Source: Vitrella brassicaformis CCMP3155 (taxonomy: Eukaryota; Protista; Chromerida). From it: DNA of 64,000 nt. Shown piece after piece: positions 23,906 through 36,033 of this stretch. Positions within the stretch are counted from its first letter, which is position 1; every line of letters starts with the position of its first letter. The notes under the pieces are model-generated. The model had not been told where the DNA came from. It made no database searches and saw only the letters and a program-made list of their open reading frames with translations. The translations under genes and the position numbers were made by a program. The stretch spans positions 68,389 to 132,388 of the forward strand of contig CDMY01000290.1 in NCBI GenBank assembly GCA_001179505.1, in the 5' to 3' direction.

Positions 23906-24307
23906 CCAGCCCAAACCAGCCAGTGTGATGTATGTTTTTCAGTGTCGTCTGTTCGTGTGGTGCTTTTCTCGGTATCTCCCTCCCTCCATGCCATGGGTGT
24001 GCTTGTGCGTCATGTCATCTGTGCATGGCGTGGTGCGTGCGTGTGTGTTTTAAGCTGTGTGTTGATTGATCCGGTCAGACAAGTGCACACACTGACGATC
24101 GACCCTCGAATGGTGTGTAACTCGGTAATACTATGCAGTTTGTTGTCAGATCTACTACTATGCCGGCAACCTACGAGATGGAGCAGCAGCTCGATGCTCG
24201 GTCAGCTTCATGCAGCACTCGAACCCGCAAGACACCCACCGCAAAGCATTGTTACCAGACAGGAATCTCGTCCTCAGCCATACACACCGCGCAGCGCAGT
24301 CCCTCGA

Positions 24308-27300
24308 TCACTCGCCCCCCCCTCCACCCTCTCTCTTCCTGCCAGCGTTCGACAGGTGGGCTATCTGCTGCAGAATGTGCCTCTTCCGCCACTGCCCCGC
24401 CCAGCTCTGTGCATGCCGGCCCTCAGCGTCAATCCAGTCTCGCTCAGACACACAGATCACCTGCCACCCCAGGGCCCGCAGCGCATTCAGCTCGGCGAAC
24501 TTCTGTGCCGTCACCAGGTGGCTCTTGTACTTGTGTCGGCCGAACTGCCTGACGGCCGGCCCCTCCCAGTAGAAGTCCCAGTCATGCCACAGCAGATAGA
24601 CCAACACGTGCTCCTCAGGGGACGCTGCGCTCGGGGTGCTGCCAGTGGAGAATGGTTGGGAGGGCGGGGCCGCACGCACTCGTCCTTCGCCGAGTGATGA
24701 TGTCTTCATGTCTTCTTCTGGTGCAGCTGATGGGGGTGGCTCCTCCTCTTCTTGGATGGTCGGCTTGTGTGACTCGTTTGTCGTGTGTGCCGGGCTGTCG
24801 ATGGACGGTCTTTTGGACCGCCTCCCCCTCCCTCCCCTCGTAGCAGCTGCCACTGGAGGCTGGCTTTCCTTGTCCCTGCCTGTCTCCAGCTCATCCCCAA
24901 GCGTCATCCAATCATTCGTCGAGTCCTCCTCTGACGCATCGGCAACCGTGTTGCCGCTGCGGCAGCTCTCCTCGCGCTCGCCGTCGCTCTCCTCTTCCTC
25001 CCTGTCTCCTTTCCCGAAGATGCCATCCTCCGTATTGTCTTCCCCCTCCGACGATTCCTCCGACATCTCCAGCGGCATCAGTGGGTGCTCGCGCAGGTGT
25101 CTGGCGAGGCTCACGAGGCTGACGGCAAACGGCACCACTAAGGGCCCCACACGGACGTCCTCCAGCACATGCACTCGCTGCCACGACCGCAGCTCCCGCC
25201 TGACGCGCTGGGGGAAGCTGTTGCTGACCAAGGGGGACACGTGGCGACCGCCACACCACCGAGCCGACAAACCAGAGTCGAGCTGAGAGGCCTCCACTGG
25301 TGCACGGTCCCTGTCACGTAGAGGGGGAGCGGTGGGGGCCGTGCTGTCCGGTGAGGGGTCTTCTGGCTGCTGGTTTGCATTGTGTGTCCTGGTCAGTGAT
25401 GGCGGCAGGAAGGTGTCTGCGTTGGGTCTGAGTGGGGGTTTGGCGCTGTACATGGCGGGGAGGTCGAGGGATGAGGTGCGGCGGTGGTGGGCGGCCACGG
25501 GCTGACACGACCACGTGCACTCGTGGAAGAACTGAATGAATGGATGGAGGCACAGACAGGTATGGCTGCTGGCTTTCTGGTGTGAGGGGTACCTTACCTG
25601 TTTGACGGTCTCCGGGCACTCGTCGAGGATTCTCGAGCAGGCGACGAATCCCAGCGATGTCCGCTCGTCTTCACTCAGGGCATCCCTCTGAATGAATGAA
25701 GGTAAGGTAGAAGCGGAACATCACACCACCACAACCATGCCAGCATGCTCATTCTGTTACATTGTGGAGGACGTATTGAGCGACGGGTGTCATCATGGCT
25801 GGTGTGAGGCTCTTTGGCCGCGACGAGAGGTCGAATATGGCCGCAGCCAGCAGCACCGACACTGCGTGGGTCGTCTGGGGCGGAGCAGGCAGCGACACCA
25901 ATGCTGTTTGTCTGCACCTTGTCCGCCTGCGTGGTGTGCATACCGATGAATAGGTCAGCGTCGACGCCAGAGGGAAGATGTTCAGCGCATCAGCCTACAC
26001 ACACGCATCAGTCGATGTATCCCTCTCCCCCCATTCTCCCTCCCTCTCCCTCGTCTCCGTACGTACCACAGTGGGGAGTACCAGTCTGGCCAGTGAGCCC
26101 GCCAGCACTGTCAGGGCGGCCGGCGATGCCACGGGCATCTCATCGTCCAAAGTGCAGCACAGCGACGCCCACCGACGATCACGCACACCCAGACGAGCAA
26201 AGATCCACGAAGCACGAGCAACTGTCTGCAGCCATGACAACACAAACAAACGGAACACCACACCACACCCAGTCGCCCACACCCACCAAAGACGGCTTTC
26301 CCTCAACGACTGACTCACCATGGGTGCGTGTGGGGCCTTAGTCATTCGTAGGTGTTTGACAAGGTGGGCGGCCAGCTCCCTGTGCGGCCCCAGCCGGAAG
26401 CCTGACGGCGAGGCACACAGCGTCTCGCCCAGTGCGAGCATCTCCTCCACACTCAGCAGCGATAGGCCGTCGCCAACCATCAGACGCAGACACAGGTCCG
26501 CCTCCAGCCCGGGCAAGATCGGCCTGCCCTCAACCTCCAGCCCCTGCATCTCGTCGATCGGCTCCAATGGGGCCTTGTCCACTGTCAGGTCGGTCGGCCG
26601 CTGGATGCCGCCGATGCGGGTGTCCATCGGGAGAGGGGCGAAGGTGTCCTCCGTCGTCGCGACACGCCCCCCAAAGGCCGACCGGTCCGCCCATCGCTTA
26701 AGCAAGTGGAGCACCTGCAATGCCTGGTCGCCCTCCAAATCGGCCACCCGGTATCTGAGCTCCTCCAGCACTCTGGCCTTGACGACGCTGTCGATGGCCG
26801 TGGGGGGGATGTCTGGGAAGGTGCTGAGCAGCTTGATGAACTCAGGGCCGCGCAGCTCGAACAGCACGTTCTGCAGTTGACGCGTCACCTGCCGCAGCAG
26901 CAGGAAGGGGACCATCCCGGTGCCGGTGTCTAGGGGCGACGGTCTCTTCTTCTTGCCCAAATGCCGGCCATAGACCTTCCTCAGGGCTCTCCGCTCGTCC
27001 TCATCAGCGGCCTCCTCCCACTCCTCCTCACCAGGCTGGGGCTCCTCCGTTCCCTCCCCCTCAGCTGCTGCTGGTGGCGGTGGTTTGTCGCGTCTGAAGA
27101 TCTGCTGCATGGAGAGGAAGAGGAACATCAGGTCGGTGGACCGGAACTTGTGTAGGTGTTTGGACGCCTGGTCCAGCAGCAGCTGGATGAGCGCTCGGTG
27201 CGGCAGACCATCGCCAGCCTCACTCTCGTCAGAACCGCCCTTGGCGAACCGGATGGGCTCTGATGCTGATGCAGCGTCGCGCAAGACGGCCGCCTCCGGA

Positions 27301-28438
27301 GTCTCTGCCTCTGTGGCTGAGGGGCCGACCGGCGCACCGCCGCTGTCGTCTCTCTTGTTGCTGTGGAGGAATGAGGCTCTCTTGGTGAAGGGCACCATGT
27401 GTGATGGGGGGAAGGTGAAGGCGTGGAGCAGCAGGCTTAGGGTCAAGGGGTTCTCGAGCTTCCTTATCCGTGGGGCGATAGCTGCAGCCACCCTGTCGAG
27501 CACCGCTTGTCGGCTCGGCCCGTCGATCCGCACATAAGCATGGGCAAGGACGGCTATGTCCTGTGCGTCAAGGACAGACAGACAGACAGACAGGCAGACA
27601 GGCAGACAGGCAGACAGGCAGACAGGCAGACAGGCAGACAGGCAGACAGGCAGGCAGGCAGGCAGGCATAAGAAAAAAGTGACGATAGGATCCTCCTCCT
27701 TGCCATGTCACCTTCGGTGGCGCCTGTGGCGTTAATTTCTTATAGATGACCGGCAGGGCGGCCTCGACGAGGAATCTGTCCTCTCTCCTCAGCTTGCACA
27801 CACTCACCAACAGAAGGGCCAGGTGGCCCAGCCGGAAATTGTGCAGCCGCCCTCGCAAACCCTGCACAGTCCACATGCACAGCAGACAGACACAGACAAA
27901 GCCTCCTTCGTGGCGGTGTGTTTGTTTGTGTGGCCCACGTCGAGCATGTAGTCGAGGAATGAGTCGACCCGTTTGCCGATGGTGGCGAAGCAGTGGATGA
28001 TCAGTGTGGCGTCGGCCACCTTCATCTGCGACCGCAGCACCGCCGCCCTGTACATGTAAGCCTCCCACACCTCACGGTGGCGGTAGTGACGCCGAGTGGT
28101 CTCCTGGATCGAACGACGCAGCGCCGTGCCGTCCATCTGGTAGATGCGCTTCTGCAGGACAAACAAATCAGACACACACGGACACACATTCACGAGATTG
28201 ATTCATGAATCAGATGAACTTGGCTGTGATCTGTCTGCCCATGAGTGTCGATGCCTACCAGTGAGGGAATGGCGGGGTTGTGGCCCTTGGCTGTCAGCAG
28301 TGAGCGCCCCTGGACACTCTGCCGCCTCTCGTCCATCGCCGTCATCATTACTGGAGCTGGGAGGGCGCTGTTTTGCCACGGCAGACCTCTCTGCACGAGC
28401 CCCCCTGCCGAAGGCGGCCTTCTGCACGTCTGAATCAT
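24308..28438 (-). CDS. RAP-domain protein with helical-repeat N-terminal region (organellar RNA-binding type), multi-exon
   Basis: C-terminal RAP-like motif YWEGPAVRQF...LVTAQKFAELNALRALGWQVICVSERDW. Upstream helical repeats such as DATLIIHCFATIG, HLALLLVSVCKL, DIAVLAHAYVRI and TVARASWIFARLG. The N-terminus is basic, like a targeting peptide. Confidence 0.85.
27573..27667. repeat. Intronic compound microsatellite (GACA)n/(AGGCAGAC)n/(GGCA)n
   Basis: Directly visible inside an intron of the RAP gene. Confidence 0.9.
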
Positions 28439-28692
28439 GAGCAGATCTTTCTAGCTCGCCATCGCCAAGCTCGCAGTGAGGATTCGCAGGAATACGACGT
28501 GTTCCGAGTGAATTGAGACTACCATGTCAGCGGCCTCCCTTCATTGAGCCGAGATCTGGCCATTTTGCTGTCCGGTGCTGCACCGTGGTAACCGTCTAAC
28601 GCATCTGCGTCATCGCACGTCATCTCTGCGTCTGACAGCCGCCAGGGAGAGCCCATGAGCAAGCCGACGTGACGGCAGCAGCAGAAGCGACG

Positions 28693-31600
28693 ATGGCGAG
28701 TGAGCAGATCCACCCCCCTGGCGCCTCACCATCAGCAGCCGAGGAGGGCTCTCGGGCTCCAGCTATGCAGGCGGGCGAGGCGGCCGCTCCATCAACAGAA
28801 GCGCGTCAGGGCGGCCATTCATCTGTCCCTGCTCAGCTGGCTCATTCGGGCCCTCAGTGTGGTGCACCAGCCAGTGGTGCAGCGGTGATCCAAACCGATC
28901 TCGGAGCAGGTGACATGGCAGCAATGCAGCCGGCCTCGTCGACTACTAGCCTGTCTGCATTGCTGGCGGCCGTCGTCACCCCCAAGCCCATCCCCGCACA
29001 CCCACACCAACGCTCACACCCACAGGGGCAGCAGGGCGGTCAGACCCCTCCTGCCGGCCATGACCTGCTACTCAATCGCGGTGGCAAGCGGCAGAGGACC
29101 GGTCGGGGCCGCGGCCGGCGGTCGGCGGGAGAGGTAGAGGGTCAGGAAGAGTACACGCCCGAGAACGACTTGGCTGCGGCGCGGCATGAGGCGAGGGGTC
29201 ATGCTGGTAGTCGTGGCGGTGCTGCGGAGGACCACCAGGCCCTCAATCCAGCCACCCACATGTCGCCCGAGGAGGAGGGCAAACACGTGAGTCAGAGGGG
29301 GAGAGAGAGGGAGAGAGAGGGAGAGAGAGTCCCTGCCTACACACACAACAACCCAATCCCGTCTGTATGTGTGTGTAGATCACCGAGTGTTTGAAGGAGT
29401 ATCTGCCCAAGAAGCCCAACGGCAGGCCGGCCCCCCTGGGCCTGCCAATGGTGCAGGGCAAGGGCGTCCGCGTCCAGCTCTACCACCCAAGCGTCGGCGC
29501 CCTCTGGGGACCCACTCGCAACTTCGAGCAGCTCAATTCAGTCAGATCCGGCTTCAAGGCCGCCTGCGAAGACCGCGAACAGGTAGGCACACACATACAT
29601 ACAGACACGTCCCCGTACGCATTCTGACGCCAATGTGAATATGTGTCTGTGTGTGTGGTTGATGGATGTGTGTGTGTATCAGTTTGTGCGTGACATCTGG
29701 GGTCCGAAGGGCGAGGCCCACCAGCTCCACCTGCTGCCCGGCTGGGAGACGGTCGTCGACGACTCACCCCAACCCGCCACCACCCTGGCCATCGCGACCG
29801 ACCGGGCCGAGCAGGTGCCTCAGCAAGGGCCACCGCAGATCACGACAGGCGCCCACTCATACGCACCCCCCGCCCCAGACCCACCGGCACCAGGACCACC
29901 ACGCGACTTCATTACCACGGCCGGCGCGGTGTAGTCATGATCGACGTGCGGCGGATCAATCTGCAGCCACAGCCGACGGACAAGCATGACGCCGACAAAG
30001 GCACGAGTGCTGGTGCGGCCTCCAAGGGTCCGGCACATGACGGCAGGGAGGCGGATGTGTGTGGTGTTGGGGGCGATGACGACATGGATTGGGCTGATGA
30101 CGTGTCTTCGCGTGACGGACAGCCGGGGCACAAGGCCGGCAAGGCTAACACCGTCTGCCGCAAACGTGCCGAGCATCAGTCAGCCGTGCAGGGCGTCCAC
30201 TGGTGTGAGCGGGGTCAGTACTGGCAAGCGAACTGGTACGACAAGGGCGACGGCAAGCAGGAGCGCAAGCGGTTCTCCGTCAAGGAGCATGGCTTCCACA
30301 AAGCGAAGGTACCGACGTCGCATCGCAGCACCCTGCCTCCATCTCACTCTCTGTTTCCCCAAACATATGGATCAGGAGCTGGCTGAGCACCATCGTCTCG
30401 AGATGGAGCGCAACGGCCGGGCAGTTGTGAAGAAGCGTTCGAAGCACCAGAGCGGCGTCAGGGGCGTCAGCTACTCCGAAGGATACAAGAGCTGGGTGGC
30501 CGAATGGCGTAAGGGCGGCAGGAGGAAGACCAAGGCCTTCTCCGTCAAGCAGCTGGGCTACGAGGAGGCCAAACAGGCGGCCATCGCACACAGACGGGAG
30601 ATGGAGCAGCGGCACCACACGTCAGAGGGCGGGGCGACGAGAGATGAGAGCCGTTCCCACAACCCCCCCAATGATGATGATGATGATGAGATTCTTTCGC
30701 CGCGCCGCCACGGCCCCCCCAGCAGCAGGCCAGATTTGGGTGGGATGGAGGGCGGCGACCTGGCTGCTGCGCTCGTTGAGGTCCTCAGCAGCGACGGGTA
30801 AGACAAGACAAGGGAATACAAGGAAGGGCCCGATTTGTCGCGTGTGTACATGTGTGTGGGATGGATTCTTTCGGTCAGGTCATGCGGGTTGTGTTGGCAG
30901 GACGGCGGCTTCCGTGTCCGTCTGCCGTCCTCCGAGGGGGAAGATGGCGAGGACCGCATTGTCGATGTCCCGGTGGTCGACCTCAGCTCCCGTTCGGCCG
31001 TTATCGCCGCTTTTCGCCGCGCCGTCGAGGAGCTCAACCGCCTGAGCACTGCTAGTGAGGGAGGGGCCGCTGCACCCCTGGACATCAGCTGGCTCGATGA
31101 CATCAGCCCCGACGGCTGCGATCGACCTCGGACGCGCCGCCGCAGCGGAGCGAGGCGCGAGCCCATGCCGCCCCCGTCTCTGTCTGAGGGCCCCAGTGAC
31201 CGTCCACTTTACAACGATGACCCCATGGCGCCCCACATTCAGCGCCGGCGCCGCCACAGAGGCAGGTCGTCACCTCGTGTCAGTGAGAGGCCAATAGCCG
31301 ACTCGTCCAGCTCCGAGAACGAGCTGCTCATCGACCGGCCAGCAGCCAAGCGCCATCGTGAGGACTCGGGCGGCGAGAGGGAGCGCTGTGTGTCGGCGAA
31401 GCTGAGTGAGGCGGGCGGCAATTCTCTGGCGGCCAGCCTGGTGGAGCAGGCAAAGCCTCAGCTGGCGGACCTAAACCGAGACGATGCCGACGGGCAGCAA
31501 TGGAGCGCATCGAGACCAGAGGGTTCGACTCGTGGCGGGTCATCCGACCACAACCCCTCTCGCAAGCAGCGCCGCAGACATACGGCTCTCGCCAGCAGGA

Positions 31601-33597
31601 GCCCATCCACCATCGAGGGGCGGATCGGACACCGGAGCGGCGTCAAGAGCGTCAGCTACGACAAGAGACACAACTCATGGGTGGCCCGCTGGAAGGAGGG
31701 GGGCAGCAGGAAGAGCAAGCACTTCATGGTCGAAAGTCTTGGCTTCGAGGGTGCTAAGGAGGCCGCCATCGCACACAGACGACGGAAGACGGAGCGATTG
31801 CACACGTCAGAGGGAGGGGCCAAGAGGCATGGCGACCAAGCTGACTCGAGAAGTGCCGACGATGGCGACGATCCTCTGCCCGTCAAACAGCGACAGGCGC
31901 CTCAGCTGCGTGACGGTGGTGTGGGGGGCGGTGTGCTTCTGCACCCTACGGCTCGCCGTGACACCAACCGACCGCGGCGCCGCAGAGACGACCGATTCGA
32001 GTGCAATCCCTCACCTGCAGACATCGAGGCCCCCAGTTGGCTGCGGGAGGGCCCACCGGCAACGCCGCCGACACACCACACGGCCAGTCGCGGCCCTCGT
32101 GTGTCGCCGGTGCAGAGGGGGCATCTGATTCGCCACTTCTACCAGCAGCTGGAGGCACTCGGCCGAGCCCATCCCGACACGCCCCTCTGTCTGCGGTTCA
32201 GGAGTGGGTCTGCCCTGCCACAGCTGGCCGTCGAGGTGGTCCTGCCCGGCACCCCAGTGCAGTCGGTGCCCCTCTCAGCGGCCACCAGGGAGGCCATGGG
32301 GGCGGCCGTCGATGCCGCATGGGCATGCCGCCAGCAGGAGATGGACATTGACAGTACTGAGGACCAGCAGCCCATGATACACGCCCAGCGGATGGTCCTA
32401 TGCCGTCTGTATGGTCAAGTGGGTCACAACATTGGGGCGATGCTGGCGGCCGTCCCCTCTCTGAGCTTTGCGTCTATCGACTTGTTTGTGCGCCATGGGC
32501 TGCCGGCCATGGTGGGGCAGCGTGACGGCGAGGACCTCAAGGAGGCCGCCAGTCGATTCATCAAACAGCTTCACCACCTCGGTAACCAGCACACCACACC
32601 AGCCATGTCCAAGCGGCTCAAGGCGGCAGATGACGAGCAGCTGCCGAGTGGCCATCACCGGCTGGCCGATATCGACATGACGATGCGGCCACCACTCCAT
32701 CAGCGCGTCAATGACCCGCACCCACCCAATGTGCCGCAGGAACGAGATCCGAATGAGGCCGATCGCATGGCGGATGGGGAGGTGGGCGGTGGGCGGGATG
32801 GTGAGCGCGACGACGGCAATTGCGAGAGGGAGGGCGAGATGATTCCGTTCGATGAGCTGACGAAGGGTCGGTCAGCTGGTGGAGCTGCTCAAGGCCCACC
32901 CATCACCCGACATGCGACACTTAGCCGACAGCATCATGGTCAGCTCACCACAGACACATGTGAAGGCAGACGTGGTAAATGTGCGTGTTGTCTTCTCTTG
33001 TGTGTGTGCAGGGATTGGAGGTCTGTCTGGCGGTGAGTTTGCTGGACATGTTGGATGACATCGACAGTGTGGCGGCGGGTGAGGACATCGGCCGCGACCT
33101 CGGCCTCCACAAGGGCATCGCACTCGTCATCATAGTGCAGCTGCGGCGCTTCCTGCAGTCACTCAAGCGGCGGGGGGCCGTCCAGTGGCCACCTGGGGAT
33201 GGTGTGATGGGTGAGGGAAGCTTGGCTGCCGGTCAGTTGTGGGACTCAGGTCGTCTGGTGTCGGCCGTCGAGCGTTCGATGGGCGTCATGGCGGCCGACA
33301 AGAAGGAGCGGCACGGCGACAAACTGCAACACGTCATCGACAATATCAAAGAGGTCAGCCGGCACACAACACACAGAATACGCACATGACTTCCGTCCGT
33401 GTCTGTCTGTGCTGTGTGTGCAGTATGGCATATCAGGCATGAGCATGTCACTGCTGGTGGAGCCGCCCCAAGACAGCGGTGCGTCTGATGACGGCAGGGT
33501 CGAGGCGGCACTCATCGATGCGGCCCGAGAGACCGTCTTTGGGGGCATATCCGACGTCGCATCTATCCGCCGCACCATCAACCGACAAGACGAATGA
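28693..33597 (+). CDS. Multi-AP2 (ApiAP2-type) gene, copy 1: 3 clear AP2 domains and a SAM-like C-terminus; apparently disrupted by two frameshifts
   Basis: AP2 domains: EHQSAVQGVHWCERGQYWQANWYDKGDGKQERKRFSVKEHGFHKAK/ELAEHHRLEME, KHQSGVRGVSYSEGYKSWVAEWRKGGRRKTKAFSVKQLGYEEAKQAAIAHRREME and HRSGVKSVSYDKRHNSWVARWKEGGSRKSKHFMVESLGFEGAKEAAIAHRR. There is a 1-nt deletion versus copy 3 near 29925 and a 4-nt insertion versus copy 2 near 32868. Confidence 0.8.
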
Positions 33598-33737
33598 GCC
33601 ACCGATCGGCGAGGCTGATGAGCATTTGTGTGGCAAGCAATCGGTGTCCATCGCACTCTACCGGCGTCTATCGCAGTCTATCTGTCAGCGAGACGCGATA
33701 GACGAGACATATAATGTATCGCATCTGTCCACACATG

Positions 33738-33937
33738 CGTTTTTCCGGCCATATGCGAGACATACCCGCACTTTTTTCATCTTTTTTGCTATCGCACACG
33801 GTCGTTCGGATGCAAGCATCACTCGTTCCTAGAGAGGAAATGGTGGGACGGCCATGGCCTGCTGATGATGTTGATGTGAGTCAGTCAGTCAGTCAATGGG
33901 AGAGACTGCCCTTGGTGTGTGCGTGTGTGTCTTTTGG
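33738..33937. repeat. Conserved non-coding element downstream of AP2 copy 1
   Basis: 33738-33837 matches 42921-43020 at 98/100. Similarity resumes after an indel through TGGTGGGACGGCCAT...GAGACTGCCCTTGGTGTGT. Confidence 0.9.
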
Positions 33938-34293
33938 GCCATGCCATGCCATGCCATGCCATGCTATGAGACATTTGCATAGCATGGCATGGCATGGTCA
34001 TCACGCCTGTATGGTCGGTCATTGTGAGACGACGGATGGTCGGTTTGGTGTGCATAGAGAAGGGAGGATGGCGTACGAACGACCTTGACAGCATATATAG
34101 CATCCATGGGACGGGTCACCAAGCTACACACTTCCTTCCCCACAATGCCCCTCTTATCGACCCACCATCAATGCCTCTCCAATCCCCCTGTCCTGTCTGT
34201 CAGTCTGTTGGTCGAGCTACCGCCTCTTGGCCATCAATAGATAGCTAATTAACCTGCAGGTAATGAAAACACACGTGACAAGATGTCTTTTAC

Positions 34294-35741
34294 TCATGTC
34301 CCACCTCGCCCCACATCATCGCCCCCGTGGCCATCTCCCCCGTTGTCCTGGTTGGGGTCCTCACCGTCGAATATGATGGGCGCGATGGGGCCCAGGACGG
34401 GGCGCGCCAGGGCGGTGGTGAGCGGGAAGCGGTGCTTGAAGGGCGCACTCTCAGCCACACCAGGTGCAGGCGTCTCGCTCGTCTTGACGGACACCAACAC
34501 TGCAGACACACACCTCTGTTTTCTCACGTCATGTGTCCCGTCTTCTCTGTCTGGTTTGGAAAGGCCCTCTTCTCATTATGTACCATATTCGTCATCAACG
34601 GTATCGCAAAGTTGTAGCCATGCGATGAATGGCTGGTCGTAGGCCGTCAGCAGCAGCTGCACGTGGTACATATCGGGTGCCTGGTATGCCGTCACTGCCG
34701 TGGTGCCAGCGACCGGCTGATGGGGCGGCCGATCGATGAGGCCAGCCAACACACCACCACGAGCATCGCTGCAACACACCAACATATGAGTGTACCCATG
34801 CATGAATCGGTGTGTCCCTCGTGTCATGCTGACCGGCGGACGCTTCTCCCGACGTCCTTGACCTGTTTGTACGGCAGCAGGGTGTTGATGATGAACCCCG
34901 AGAAAGACGCATTGGTCCAGGGACCATCAGCCGCCGACCAGCCATCGCCACTCAGTCCGATGCGATGACTGACGGGGGGGTTGTGGGGCAGGGCGTTCTG
35001 CTGGATGGGGTTGTTGGCGGGGAGGGGAGGGGTGAGGTCTATCGCATACGCGGCGTCGTCTTCAACGGCACGCAGCCCGCCGCCAGGCTGACCGAACAGC
35101 TCGACTGTGCCGTTCTTGGCGCCCACGTGGCGGCCGACCATCTTCCACTGAGCTATCACACGGGGCTGAGCCATATACGCCTACACGACACAAGGCATAC
35201 ACACACAGAGATGAGTGCCGCCCACCATCCAATCCACGCCATCTGTCTGTTCTGTGTACCTGTTTGCTTTGGTGCTTCTCGAGGTCTTGCTGTGTGATGT
35301 TGACGGGCAGCTCACAGTAGGTGAGCTGACGCGCCAGCCGCAGTGCGTCGGCCACCTCGTCCCAACTCTGATCCTCAACCAAGTACATGGCCTATGTTGA
35401 CACAGTGGAGCATGCCACCCATCCCCCAGGCCATCTGTCTTCCTTCTGTGTACCTGCAGCAGCAGCTGGTCCTCCAGTTGTGCGTCATCGAACGTCAGCA
35501 CAGTGTCCAGCGGCGTCCCGTCGGCAAGTGTCGTGTCGTGCAGGGCGCGGGCGAGCCGTCGGCGCAGCACGTCGGTCTCAAAGTCGACCTGCGATAGGAA
35601 GAGGGCGGTGGATCTGAGGACGCCCAAGTCCTTGAGCTTGTGCAGCCTGTCCCGCTCTTCTCGATGGATGAAGTCCGGCTGCTGGCCGCGGATCGATGGC
35701 CAGTGCTCGTCGTTGCTTCTTCTGCTCACATTACCACCCAT
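34294..35741 (-). CDS. Hypothetical protein with N-terminal MGxxxS myristoylation-type motif, multi-exon
   Basis: Starts MGGNVSRRS. GT-AG introns join ...DQLLLQ/AMYLVEDQSWDEV..., AYMAQPRVIAQWKMVG...ASFSGFIINTLL, DARGGVLAGLID...CDTVDDEYGT and VSAVLVSVKTSE...GRGGT*. Junctions are partly uncertain. Confidence 0.65.
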
Positions 35742-35772
35742 TTCCTTCTCAACTCAATCTCGGCTTGACGGG

Positions 35773-35798
35773 CCTAGGGTGCTGCCTGAAACCGCTGC
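35773..35798 (-). promoter_or_regulatory. Recurrent promoter motif, copy B
   Basis: The reverse complement reads GCAGCGGTTTCAGGCAGCACCCTAGG, 25/26 identical to 22554-22579. It lies 31 bp upstream of the ATG at 35741. Confidence 0.6.
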
Positions 35799-36033
35799 CC
35801 GCTAGCTCGCGTTGTGAATCTCTCAGGAATACGGACGTGTCCGAGTGGAATTGTGACTACCATGTCAGCGGCTTGCCTTCCTTCAGCCGAGATCTGGCGA
35901 TTTTGCTGTCCGGTGCTGCACCTGGGTCACCGTCCAACGCCGCATCTGCGTCATCGCACGTCATCTGTGCGTTTGACAGCCGCCAGGGAGAGCCCATGAG
36001 CAAGCCGACGTGACGGCAGCAGCGGAAGCGACA

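Noticed and set aside
32380-32580. Helical block as the ACDC domain of ApiAP2 proteins
   Set aside because: I could not match its residue pattern convincingly by eye, so it is left as an unknown domain pending a profile search.
33746-33840. CGGCCATA start suggesting 5S rRNA or a tRNA-derived element
   Set aside because: The rest does not follow 5S rRNA, and no cloverleaf or A/B boxes were evident. No rRNA or tRNA gene was recognised anywhere in the window.
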